Positions 53,935 to 63,900 of a stretch of DNA of 64,000 nucleotides are shown one piece after another. Each line of letters begins with the position of its first letter. The stretch's first letter is position 1. The stretch spans positions 1,248,744-1,312,743 of the forward strand of contig CAVPBG010000002.1 in NCBI GenBank assembly GCA_963701825.1. Reading direction: 5' to 3'. The notes beneath the pieces were generated by a model, which was not told the origin of the DNA, searched no databases, and worked only from the letters and a program-made list of their open reading frames with translations. The position numbers were made by a program, and so were the translations under genes. The stretch is from an uncultured Actinomycetes bacterium (lineage in GTDB: Bacteria > Actinomycetota > Acidimicrobiia > IMCC26256 > PALSA-610).

Positions 53935-55026
53935 CGGGGGGTGATGCGGTCGTGAGCGACCGTGCATCGCGCGAGGCGATCGGGGAGTGGTTCGACGCCG
54001 AGGCCGGGGCCGGTCGGCACCCGGATGTCGCCGCCTTCGAGGACGAATGGTTCGGTGATGTCGCCGTCGGCCCCGAAATAGCGGTCCGAGGCCGAGCAGT
54101 CGCCGGTCAGTGTGAACCCGGGCTGCGCGGCCAGGGCGAGTAATGCGGCCCGGCCGACACCGGTCTCCAACATGCCGCCCGCGAGCGCGCCGACCCCGCT
54201 CGCGGTGCACGCGTCGAGCACACGTTGCGCGCCCGTGAGGCCGAGGCGTCCGGCCTTGATCGCGAACACGTCGGCCGCGCGCTGCGCAATCGCGGCGTGC
54301 GCGGCGTCGATCCCCGTGATGGTCTCGTCGAGGCAGATGGGCGTACGCACCTCGCCGACGAGCGTGGCGTGGTCGCGCAGCGCATCGGGCGCGCACGGTT
54401 GCTCGACACACTGCAGTCCGAGGTCGTCGATCTCGCGGAACAGGCGCACGCGCGTCGTCGACGCCGTAACTCCCGTTGGCGTCGGCCGCGAGTACGACGT
54501 CGGGGCCGACTTCGGCGCGCGCGGCGCGCAGCACCTCGGTGTCGTGCCCGGGTTCGATCTTGCACTTGACGCGCCGGTAGCCGGCCGCGACATAGCGCCG
54601 GAGGGCGCGGCGGAATTCGTCGCCGTCGTCGATCATTCCGACCGCCACTCCCGCTTCCACCGTTCCGCGTCCGCCGCCGAACCAGTCCGACAACGATCGG
54701 CCTTCGGCGCGGAGTTGCGCGTCGAGCAGCGCGCACTCGAGCGCGGCTCGCGCGGCGCGCGCTCCCGAAACGTCGTCGAAGGCCACTCCCGCGAACGTGC
54801 GCGGCAACAGCTGATCGCGCAATGCCCGGTGGGCGGAATCGATCGTCTCCCCGTCGTACTCGGGCGTTGCCAACGCGGTGCACTCGCCCCAACCGACACC
54901 GGCGTCAGTTGTGACCCGCACCAGCAGCGCTTCTTTCACCGCGGTCGCGTTGTGCGCAGTGCGGAACGGCGCAACCAACGGGAGTCGGACGCGCAGCAAC
55001 TCGACTTCGTGCAATGCGCCGACCAC
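53931..55026 (-). pseudogene. o-Succinylbenzoate synthase / N-acylamino-acid racemase-like enolase-superfamily gene, frame-shifted near 54450
   Basis: The N-terminal frame (from 55026) reads LRVRLPLVAPFRTAHNATAVKEALLVRV...KCKIEPGHD...AADANGSYGVDDA. It continues in another frame (ORF 53931-54593) as RVRLFREIDDLGLQCVEQPCAPD...ICLDETI...FAIKAGRLGG. The junction lies in gacgacGCGCGtgcgc. Confidence 0.7.
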
Positions 55027-55063
55027 TGAACGAGCGTACGAGCAAACGAGCGTGCGCGCGAAC

Positions 55064-55088
55064 GAGCCCGGGCACTGGGCCCGGGCTC
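55064..55088 (-). terminator. Stem-loop after the HU gene (10-bp perfect GC-rich stem, 5-nt loop)
   Basis: GAGCCCGGGC actgg GCCCGGGCTC, 30 nt downstream of the stop at 55118. Confidence 0.6.
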
Positions 55089-55117
55089 GTCAGTTCAAAC
55101 GTGACGTGCGAAACGAA

Positions 55118-55528
55118 CTAGCGACGCTTCGCGACTGCCTTCTTCTTGGCGGGTGCCTTCTTGGCCACGGTCTTCTTCGCCGGAGCCTTCTTGGCGGGCG
55201 CCTTCTTGGCCACGGTCTTCTTCGCCGGAGCCTTCTTGGCGGGCGCCTTCTTGCCCGAGAGCACTGCGTCCTTGAACGCCTTCAACGGCGTGATGCGCGC
55301 GACGCGCTTCGCCGCGACCTTGACCTGCTCGCCGGTGGCAGGGTTCCGAGCCATGCGCGCGGGACGGTCGATGCGGCGGAACTTGGCGAAGCCCGAGATC
55401 GCGACATCCTCACCGGTCGACACCGTCGCCGTGATCAGGTCGGTGAACGACGTCAAGAACGCGTCGGCTTCCCTGCGCGTCCACTCATTGCGTTCGGCGA
55501 GCTCATTCAGCAACTGGCTGCGATTCAC
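55118..55528 (-). CDS. hupB: HU-type nucleoid protein with Lys/Ala-rich C-terminal tail (actinobacterial HupB/Hlp type)
   Basis: MNRSQLLNELAERNEWTRREADAFLTSFTDLI...ISGFAKFRRIDRPARMARNPATGEQVKV, followed by (KKAPAKK/TVAKK)n. Confidence 0.9.
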   Translation of the reverse strand: MNRSQLLNELAERNEWTRREADAFLTSFTDLITATVSTGEDVAISGFAKFRRIDRPARMARNPATGEQVKVAAKRVARITPLKAFKDAVLSGKKAPAKKAPAKKTVAKKAPAKKAPAKKTVAKKAPAKKKAVAKRR

Positions 55529-55609
55529 ATTTCCTCCATGCGATGTTGGGACGTGCGGGATGCATCGTTACACGTCCACTTCGCCGAAGTGTGGATCTCA
55601 GGCCCAATT

Positions 55610-57370
55610 TCAAAGGTTTTTTCGGCCGTAGCCCTCGGCGTCGAGAACTGTTTGGCGCGCGGCCGGCGCTTGGAGTGAGGCCGATTCGAGTGAGCCGGGG
55701 TCCATCGTCCAGCGCGCTTTGCCACTCGACTTGGCGTGATACATCGCGGCGTCGGCTCGGCGCAGCAGGTCGGCTCCGTCCGCGGCGTCCGCCGGCGCGA
55801 GGGCGATGCCGACGCTGGTCGAGATCCGGATCTCCCGGGCGCCGAGCCGGAAGGGCTCCGACAGCCGGGCGCAGATGCGTTCGCCCACGGCGGCCGCCGG
55901 GGCGACGTTCTCCAAACGGGTGAGCATGATCGTGAACTCGTCCCCGCCGAGGCGGGCGACGAGATCGCCGGGTCGGACGCACTCGCGCAACCGTTCGGCG
56001 ACCGCCACGAGCAGGTCGTTGCCTACGTCGTGGCCGTAGCGGTCGTTCACGTCCTTGAACCCGTCGAGGTCGAGGAAGAGCACTCCGACCAGATCTCCGG
56101 GGCGCCCGCGGCGGGCTATGCGGCTCAGTTCCTCGATGAAACGCCGCCGGTTGGCGAGCTCGGTCAGCGGGTCGTGCGAGGCCTCGTGATCGAGACGGTC
56201 CTTGAGATCCTCGAGCCGGCGGTGCACCTGGGCGTTGCGCAACGACGCACCGGCCTGGGTGACGAAGAGCTCGAGACTCTCGACCGGGGCATCGGGCGGT
56301 CCGTCGGGACCGGTCCACACCGTCGTGATCACGACGGTGTGGTCGTCGATCGTGGCCAGCGGCAGCGCGACGAGCGTCGCCGGCGCCGGACCGTCCGGGT
56401 CGAGGGGTACGAAGGTGGTGTTGCCCGTCGCCCGCACGGCTGCGGCGGCGCGCAGGCGCGGGTCGCCGGCCGCGATCGCGGGCTGGAGCGCCGAACCGGG
56501 GACGGGAGACGCCGACAACAACAAGCGCTCGTCGAGCGCGATGTCACTTTGGGCGGCGTCGTCGAGCGGGCGGACTTCGAGCGCGCGGTCGTCGAGCACG
56601 AGGTCGACCCCGGCCACGGCGTTGCTGGGCCCGATCAGTTCGAAGACCTTGGGATCGGTGAATCCCATCTCGCCGACCGTGCCGTTGATGACGTCGAGGA
56701 TCTCGTCGACGTCGAGGCGGGAGGTCCGCCAGCCGCCGAGGGCCGCGGTGCGCAACAGGAGTGATCGCTCCTCGGCATGGGCTCGGCCGCGGCGATTGGC
56801 CTCGATCTCGGCCATGAGGTGCTCGGCGAGGTAGCCGACCGGGAGCGCGACGAGCAGCACGACCGTGAGCCGCTGGGCGACGGCCGCGGCGGGCAGGTTC
56901 GGGGAGCTGGCCATGTTGGCGCCCGCGTACCCTCCCGCGAGGATCAGCCAGCTCGCGATCGCGCCGGGAACGCGGAAACGGATGGCACCTTCGATCGCGG
57001 GCAGCACGAGGAGCGCCCAGTCGGCCGAGTCCGCGCTCATGCGCTCGCGTTGCGCCCAGGCGACGAGCAGAACCACCAACGTGTCGGCGAGCAGCTCGAG
57101 TATCCCGAGCAGCATGCGGGTGCGCTTCTTCTGGCGTTCGGCGAGGTACCCGACGAGGTTGACCGACCAGAACCCGCCGACGAGCAGCACCGCCTGCCAG
57201 TGGGGGACCGAGCTCGCGGTCCACAGGCGGACGAGCACCAGCGCGCCTACGAGCAGGCGCACTCGCCGGAACGCGGCTTCGACCGAGACCGGCGCGCCGT
57301 CGGCGAAGTCATCAGGCTGGGAGAGCTGACCAGGATGCGATTGCTGATCAGCGTGTGATTGGTAACGCAT
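55610..57370 (-). CDS. Membrane-bound diguanylate cyclase (GGDEF) with an N-terminal multi-TM region and a central GAF-like region
   Basis: 586 aa. DPLTELANRRRF...LFLDLDGFKDVNDRYGH...RPGDLVARLGGDEFTIML shows the GGDEF motif, with an RxxD I-site 5 residues upstream. Confidence 0.85.
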   Translation of the reverse strand: MRYQSHADQQSHPGQLSQPDDFADGAPVSVEAAFRRVRLLVGALVLVRLWTASSVPHWQAVLLVGGFWSVNLVGYLAERQKKRTRMLLGILELLADTLVVLLVAWAQRERMSADSADWALLVLPAIEGAIRFRVPGAIASWLILAGGYAGANMASSPNLPAAAVAQRLTVVLLVALPVGYLAEHLMAEIEANRRGRAHAEERSLLLRTAALGGWRTSRLDVDEILDVINGTVGEMGFTDPKVFELIGPSNAVAGVDLVLDDRALEVRPLDDAAQSDIALDERLLLSASPVPGSALQPAIAAGDPRLRAAAAVRATGNTTFVPLDPDGPAPATLVALPLATIDDHTVVITTVWTGPDGPPDAPVESLELFVTQAGASLRNAQVHRRLEDLKDRLDHEASHDPLTELANRRRFIEELSRIARRGRPGDLVGVLFLDLDGFKDVNDRYGHDVGNDLLVAVAERLRECVRPGDLVARLGGDEFTIMLTRLENVAPAAAVGERICARLSEPFRLGAREIRISTSVGIALAPADAADGADLLRRADAAMYHAKSSGKARWTMDPGSLESASLQAPAARQTVLDAEGYGRKNL

Positions 57371-57518
57371 ACGCCCCTTCGGATCTCACATCGGCGAACC
57401 GGTGCGAGGCCCCGCCCTCTTCTGGAGTATCGGCCGACCCGCACAATTCGCTGAACTCCCGACGGCGATTCGTCCAAAGATTCGTCGCAACGTCCGACGA
57501 AAAGGGTGAGGGCTCATA

Positions 57519-57620
57519 CCGCAGGGGGACGCGACAGGCCGCAGGGGGCGACAGGCGCGACGACAGGCCGCAGGGGGACGCCACGGGCGCAGCCGGACGC
57601 CATGGGCGCGGCCGGACGTG
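57519..57620. repeat. Nested short direct repeats in the divergent intergenic region (CCGCAGGGGG x3; GGACGCCAYGGGCGC x2; GCCGGACG x2)
   Basis: Read directly. CCGCAGGGGG occurs at 57519, 57539 and 57568. ggacgccacgggcgc and ggacgccatgggcgc lie about 19 nt apart. Confidence 0.8.
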
Positions 57621-57656
57621 CGGGGCGGATTCGGACACGCGTGCAAAGGTGCAGAG

Positions 57657-58487
57657 ATGCGCGCTCCCGAAGTCGTCGAAGATCCCGACGACCCACGGGT
57701 TCGTGACTACGTAGATCTCGCCGATCCCGATGTTCGGCGCCGGGTCGAAGCCGACGGTGGTTTCTTCATCGCGGAGTCGCCACTCGTCGTGCGCCGCCTG
57801 CTCGAGTCGGGCCGTACCGTGCGTTCGGTGCTGGTCACACCCGCGCAGTACACGGCGCTCGCCGACGTCTTGGGCGCGGACGGGACCGACGGAACCGCGC
57901 CGTCCGATACGCCGGTGTACGTCGCGAGCGAAGCGGTACTGCGGCGGGTCGTCGGTTTCAACCTCCACCGCGGCGCGGTCGCGTCGGCCGATCGCTGGCC
58001 GTTACCGACGGTCGAAGTCGTGCTGCGCGGCGCCCGGCGCGTCGCCGTGTTGGAGAAGGTGAACGACCACGAGAACCTGGGCGTGTTGTTCCGCAGCGCG
58101 GCTGCGCTCGGCATCGATGCCGTCGTGCTCGACCCCGAGTGCTCCGATCCGCTCTACCGCCGCTGCGTGCGCGTCTCGATCGGGCACGTCTTGCGCCTGC
58201 CCTGGACGAGGCTCACGACGATCGACGACGTCACCCGCGCCGGGTTCACGACGTTCGCGCTGACGCCGGCTCCCGACGCCGTCCCCATCGGTTCCGTCCG
58301 CTGGCCCGCGCGCGCCGCGCTGTTGTTCGGCGCCGAGGGCCCGGGCCTCTCCGATTCGTGGCAGCGGGCCGCCGACGAACGCGTACAGATCCCGATGCAG
58401 CCCGGCGCCGACTCGCTCAACGTCGCGACCGCGGCCGCGGTCGCGTTCTACGCGGCCGGACCGGGCGCGGCGGCGCCGAGCGCGTAG
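57657..58487 (+). CDS. SpoU/TrmH-family RNA 2'-O-methyltransferase
   Basis: The ATG at 57657 gives 276 aa (VNDHENLGVLFRSAAALGIDAVVL, LLFGAEGPGLS, IPMQPGADSLNVATAAAVAFY). Confidence 0.85.
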   Translation: MRAPEVVEDPDDPRVRDYVDLADPDVRRRVEADGGFFIAESPLVVRRLLESGRTVRSVLVTPAQYTALADVLGADGTDGTAPSDTPVYVASEAVLRRVVGFNLHRGAVASADRWPLPTVEVVLRGARRVAVLEKVNDHENLGVLFRSAAALGIDAVVLDPECSDPLYRRCVRVSIGHVLRLPWTRLTTIDDVTRAGFTTFALTPAPDAVPIGSVRWPARAALLFGAEGPGLSDSWQRAADERVQIPMQPGADSLNVATAAAVAFYAAGPGAAAPSA

Positions 58488-58498
58488 CTCCACGCCCG

Positions 58499-60163
58499 TC
58501 AGTCGGCGGGCACGTCGAGCGTGATCCGACCGTCGGCGATCTCGATGCGGCGCGTCACCGAGATCGCCTCGAGCAACGCGCGGTCGTGCGTGACGAGCAA
58601 CAACGTGCCGGTGTAGTTCTCGAGCGCCGATTCGAGCTGTTCGATCGCGGGCAGGTCGAGGTGGTTCGTCGGCTCGTCGAGCACGAGACAGTTGACGCCC
58701 TTCGCGCCGAGCAACGCCAGCGAAGCGCGCGTCCGCTCGCCCGGCGACAGCGAATCGGCGGGTCGGCCCACGTGCTCGGCCCCGAGACCGAACTTGGCGA
58801 GCAAGGAGCGGGCCTCGCTGGGAATCAGTCCACTTGCAGTCTCGAACCGGAAGAGCAGCGGCGCCGAGCCGGAGAACGCGGCCCGGGCCTGGTCGAGCTC
58901 GCCGACGATCACGCCGGGTCCGAGCCGGCTCGCACCCGAATCGGCGACGCGCCGACCGACGACGAGGTCGAGCAACGTGGTCTTGCCGCTCCCGTTCGCG
59001 CCGACGATCGCGATCCGTTCGCCGTACTCGACGTGGAGGTCGATCGGCCCGAGAGTGAAGTCGCCGCGGTGGACGACCGCGCCGGTGAGCTGGGCGACGA
59101 TCGCGCCACTGCGCGGTGCGGTCGCGATTTCCATGCGCAGGTCCCAGCCCTCCCAGGGCTTGTCGACCGCGTTGGCTTCGAGTCGGGCCAGCGCGCGATC
59201 GGTGATCTTGGCCTTGGCCGCGACGTGCTCGCTGCTGTTGCGGCGGAACTCGCGGATGTTCTTGTCGTTCTCGCCCGACTTCTTCACCTTGGCCTTGCCC
59301 TGCACCGACCATTGCCGCTGCCGTTGCGCCCGATCCCGCAGGTCGCCGCGCTGCGACTGGTATTCGGCGTAGTCCTCCTCGGCATGACGACGCGCGGTCG
59401 TGTGCTCGTCGAGGTACGACTGCCAACCACCCGCGTACTCGGTGGCCGAATGTTGATGTTCGTCGAGCTCCAGCACCGACGTGATCGTGCGATCGAGAAA
59501 GGCCCGGTCGTGCGACACGATGACGGCGCCGCCGGTGAGCTCGTCGTGCAGGAAGCGTTCGAGGCGCGCCAGGCCGGCGAAGTCGAGGTCGTTGGTCGGC
59601 TCGTCGAGCAGGAACACGTCGAACCGGGCGAGCACGATCGCGGCGAGGCTCGCGCGCGCGGCCTGGCCGCCCGACAGTGACGGCATGTCGAGATCGAGCA
59701 CGCGGGTCGCGAGCCCGAGGTCGGCGCACACCGCGCCGAGCCGGGCGTCGAAATCGGCGGCCCCCAGCGCGAGGTAGCGCTCGAGCGCGAGCGCGTAGGT
59801 GTCGTCGGCGCCGGGAAGCTGCTCGGCGAGGGCCGCCGACGCGGTGTCGAGCGCATGCTCGGCCGCGGCCACTCCGGTGCGGCGGGCCAGATAGGCGCGC
59901 ACCGTCTCGCCCGTTCGGCGTTCGGGCTCTTGGGGGAGATATCCGACCGTCGCCGACGGGGGAGTGAGGGTCACGGTGCCCGAGTCGGGGGCGTCGAGGC
60001 CGGCCAGGATCTTCAGCAGCGTCGACTTCCCGGTGCCGTTCGGCGCGACCACGCCGACCCGGTGCGCGGGCCCGATCGTGCACGACACGCGATCGAGCAC
60101 GACGCGCGGCCCGAACGACTTGGTGATGTCCCGGGCGACGAGGGAAGCGAACGAAGAAGACAC
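58499..60163 (-). CDS. ABC-F family ATPase (two ABC modules, no TM domain)
   Basis: The GTG at 60163 gives 554 aa with two Walker A motifs (APNGTGKST, GANGSGKTT) and two signatures (LSGGQAARASLA, LSPGERTRASLA). Confidence 0.88.
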   Translation of the reverse strand: MSSSFASLVARDITKSFGPRVVLDRVSCTIGPAHRVGVVAPNGTGKSTLLKILAGLDAPDSGTVTLTPPSATVGYLPQEPERRTGETVRAYLARRTGVAAAEHALDTASAALAEQLPGADDTYALALERYLALGAADFDARLGAVCADLGLATRVLDLDMPSLSGGQAARASLAAIVLARFDVFLLDEPTNDLDFAGLARLERFLHDELTGGAVIVSHDRAFLDRTITSVLELDEHQHSATEYAGGWQSYLDEHTTARRHAEEDYAEYQSQRGDLRDRAQRQRQWSVQGKAKVKKSGENDKNIREFRRNSSEHVAAKAKITDRALARLEANAVDKPWEGWDLRMEIATAPRSGAIVAQLTGAVVHRGDFTLGPIDLHVEYGERIAIVGANGSGKTTLLDLVVGRRVADSGASRLGPGVIVGELDQARAAFSGSAPLLFRFETASGLIPSEARSLLAKFGLGAEHVGRPADSLSPGERTRASLALLGAKGVNCLVLDEPTNHLDLPAIEQLESALENYTGTLLLVTHDRALLEAISVTRRIEIADGRITLDVPAD

Positions 60164-60259
60164 GGCAGCACCTGCGGTCGAGCAGCGGACGAGAGGCTCG
60201 GAAAGGCGGCCGATCACGACATCGGGTTCGAGGATAGTCGGGCGCGCGAGCATCTCCGG

Positions 60260-60883
60260 GTGGATTCCTCGGACGTGACCTCGGTCGCGCAGCTCGAGCT
60301 CGATGCCGACGGCGAGGTGCACGAGGTCAGGGTCGTCGACGCCCGCCAGGCCGGCGCCGACTTCGGCCGGGCGCAACTTGAAGACGTCGAGCTGGTCCGT
60401 TGCGATCTTTCGGGTTGCGACTTCGCGGAGAGCACCTGGGAACGGGTGCGGCTCGTCGACTGCCGGTTGTCCGGGATCGAGCTGCCGCAGGCGAAGCTGC
60501 GCGGGGTGTCGTTCGTCGACTGCAAGCTCGACGACGCGAGCTTCCGCCTCGCGCAGCTGCAGACCGTGACCTTCAGCGGGTCGCTGCTCGCCGGCGCGGA
60601 GTTCATGGGGGCGACGATCTCGGAGTCGACGTTCGACCGCAGCGACCTGGCCGGCGCCGACTTCACCAAGGTGCGGTGCTCCCAGGTCGATCTCCGCGGC
60701 GCCCGGCTCGACGGCCTGCGCGGCGCCGGTTCGCTCTCGGGGGCCACGATCGGCGTGGAGCAGGTGTTCGGGCTCGCGCCCGCGTTGGCCCAGGCCATCG
60801 GCCTGCGGATTGCCGAACCGGACGACCCCTCGGTCACGGAGCCACCGGGCAACCCGACCGGCAATTCACCGGCCGGCCAATAA
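60260..60883 (+). CDS. Pentapeptide-repeat protein
   Basis: The in-frame GTG at 60260 gives about 207 aa of A(D/N)LxX-type pentapeptides ([68 protein letters not shown]...). The start is uncertain. Confidence 0.7.
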   Translation: MDSSDVTSVAQLELDADGEVHEVRVVDARQAGADFGRAQLEDVELVRCDLSGCDFAESTWERVRLVDCRLSGIELPQAKLRGVSFVDCKLDDASFRLAQLQTVTFSGSLLAGAEFMGATISESTFDRSDLAGADFTKVRCSQVDLRGARLDGLRGAGSLSGATIGVEQVFGLAPALAQAIGLRIAEPDDPSVTEPPGNPTGNSPAGQ

Positions 60884-60968
60884 TCCTTTCGACCAACTGG
60901 CAGTTCCGGCCGCTAGAATCGTTGTGCTCCGCCACGGGCCAATGTCGTCCCTTGGCGGCCAGATCCCA

Positions 60969-63900
60969 ATGGAGCTGACCGCCCGAAACGAGGACGACAC
61001 CGCAGTGGTTGAACGCGAGCTACCCCCGCTCTACGACCCCCGATTCGAGCACGACGCGTGCGGCGTCGGGTTCGTCGTCGACATGAAGGGCCGCAAGAGC
61101 CACGGGATCGTCGACCAGGCGCTCACCGCGGTGTGCTGCCTGAATCATCGCGGCGCGGCCGGGGCCGAGCCCGACACGGGCGACGGCGCCGGGATCCTCG
61201 TGCAGATGCCCGACGCGTTCTACCGGGACACGGTCGGTTTCGAGCTTCCCGCCGCGGGCGCGTACGCCACCGGTATCGCGTTCATGCCCGTCGACCGGGT
61301 CGACGCCACGACCGACGCGGTCGCCAAGGTCCTGGCCGACGAGGGCTTCGCGGTGCTCGGCTGGCGCGCGGTTCCCGTCGAGCGCGACTGCCCCGGCGCG
61401 TCGGCCCGCGAGCAGATGCCCGCGTTCGTGCAGGTGTTCGTGGCCAAGAACGGGCTCGTCGGCGACGAGCTCGAACGGCACGTGTATCTCGCGCGCAAGC
61501 GCATCGAGCACGAGACCGACGCGTACTTCGCGTCGCTCAGCGGCCGCGTCGTCGTCTACAAGGGCATGCTCACGCCCGACCAGCTCGGCGAGTTCTACGC
61601 CGACCTGCGCGACGAGCGCTTCGAGAGCGCGCTCGCGCTCGTGCACTCGCGCTTCAGCACGAACACGTTCCCGAGCTGGCCGCTCGCGCACCCCTACCGC
61701 ATGCTTGCCCACAACGGCGAGATCAACACGGTGCAGGGCAACGAGAACTGGATGCGCGCCCGCGAAGGCGTGATGGCGAGCGATCTGCTCCCCGGCGACC
61801 TCGAGCGCGCGTTCCCGATCTGCACACCCGCCGCCTCCGACACCGCGCGCTTCGACGAGGCGCTCGAGCTGCTCAACCTCGCGGGCCGTCCGCTCCACCA
61901 CGCGATCCTCATGATGATCCCGGAGGCGTGGGAGAACCACGAGAGCATGGACGCGCCCCGCAAGGCGTTCTACCGGTACCACGCCGCGCTCATGGAGCCC
62001 TGGGACGGGCCCGCGTCGATCGCGTTCAGCGACGGCACGGTGATCGGCGCGGTGCTCGACCGCAACGGCTTGCGCCCGTCGCGCTACTGGGTCACCGACG
62101 ACGACCGCGTGATCATGGCGAGCGAGGTCGGCGTGCTCGACGTCGATCCGGCCAAGATCGTGAAGAAGGGTCGCTTGGAGCCGGGGAAGATCTTCCTCGT
62201 CGACACCACCCAGGGCCGCATCATCCCTGACGAGGAGATCAAGGCCGACCTCGCCGCGCAGGCGCCGTACCAGGAGTGGCTCGACGCCGGCCTCGTGCAC
62301 CTCGACGATCTGCCGCCACAGTTCCCGCTCGTGCCGCAACACAGTTCGGCCGTCCAACAGCAGCGCATGTTCGGTTACACCGAGGAAGACCTGCGCCTGA
62401 TCATCGCCCCGATGGCGCGCAACGCGGTCGAGTCACTCGGCTCGATGGGAACCGACACGCCCGCCGCGGTGCTCTCCGACCGCCCGCGCATGCTGTACGA
62501 CTACTTCAAGCAGCTGTTCGCGCAGGTCACGAACCCGCCGCTCGACGCCAACTTCGAGGCGCTCGTCACGTCGCTCAACTCCGCGCTCGGGCCCGAGGGC
62601 AACCTGCTCGACCCGACGGCCGCGTCGTGCCGCCAGATCGTGTGCGCATCGCCGATCCTCACCAACGAGGAGCTCGCCAAGCTGCGCTACATCGACGACA
62701 CCGACTCCGCCGTCCCGGGCTTCACGCCGTTCTCGGTGTACTGCCACTACCCGGTCGCCGAGGGTGGCGAAGGCCTGCGCATGGCGATCGACAACGTGCG
62801 CACGCAGGTGAGTGCGGCCATCGCCAACGGCGCGAACCTCGTGATCCTCTCCGACCGTTACGCCGACGCGGAGAACGCGCCCATCCCCGCGCTGCTCATC
62901 ACTTCCGCGGTGCACCACCATCTCGTGCGCGAGAAGACCCGAACGCGGGTGGGGCTCGTGGTGGAGACGGGTGAAGCGCGCGAAGTGCATCACTTCGCCT
63001 TGCTGTTGGGATACGGCGCGGGCGGCATCAACCCCTACCTCGCGTTCGACACCATTCGCGATCTCTGCCGCGAAGGCGTGCTGAGCGGCATGTCGGAGCG
63101 CAAGGCCGTCAAGAACTACGTGAAGGCCGCGGGCAAGGGCATCCTCAAGGTGATGTCGAAGATGGGCATCTCGACCGTCGCGTCGTACACGGGCGCGCAG
63201 ATCTTCGAGGCGGTCGGTCTGCAGAAGGCGTTGGTCGACGAGTACTTCACCGGCACCGCGTCGCGCATCGAGGGCATCGACCTCGAGGTGATCGCGTCGG
63301 AGGTCTCCCGCCGGCACAACTTCGCGTATCCGGAACGTCCGGCCGAGCTCGCACACCGCGAACTGACGATCGGCGGCGAATACCAGTGGCGCCGCGAGGG
63401 CGAGTACCACCTCTTCAATCCGGAGACGGTGTTCAAGCTGCAGCACTCGACCCGTTCGGGTCGCTACGACGTGTTCAAGCAGTACACCAAGCTCGTCGAC
63501 GAGCAGTCGCGTCGCATCGCAACGCTGCGGGGGCTGTTCGAGCTGCGCACCGATGCGCGCCCGCCGGTTCCGATCGAAGAGGTCGAACCGGTCGAAGCGA
63601 TCGTCAAGCGGTTCTCGAGCGGCGCGATGAGCTACGGGTCGATCTCGAAGGAGGCGCACGAGAACATCGCGATCGCGATGAACCGCCTCGGCGCGCGTTC
63701 GAACACCGGTGAGGGCGGCGAGGATCCCGACCGCTTCGTGCGCGACGCCAACGGCGACTCGCGCCGGAGCGCGATCAAGCAGGTCGCGTCGGGCCGCTTC
63801 GGCGTGACGAGCGAATACCTCGTCAACGCCGACGACCTCCAGATCAAGATGGCGCAGGGCGCCAAGCCCGGCGAGGGTGGCGAGCTCCCGGGCCACAAGG

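Noticed and set aside
55118-55260. Lys/Ala-rich (KKAPAKK/TVAKK) tandem repeats at the 3' end of the HU gene
   Set aside because: This is a known, ordinary feature of actinobacterial HupB/Hlp-type HU proteins and not a novel element.
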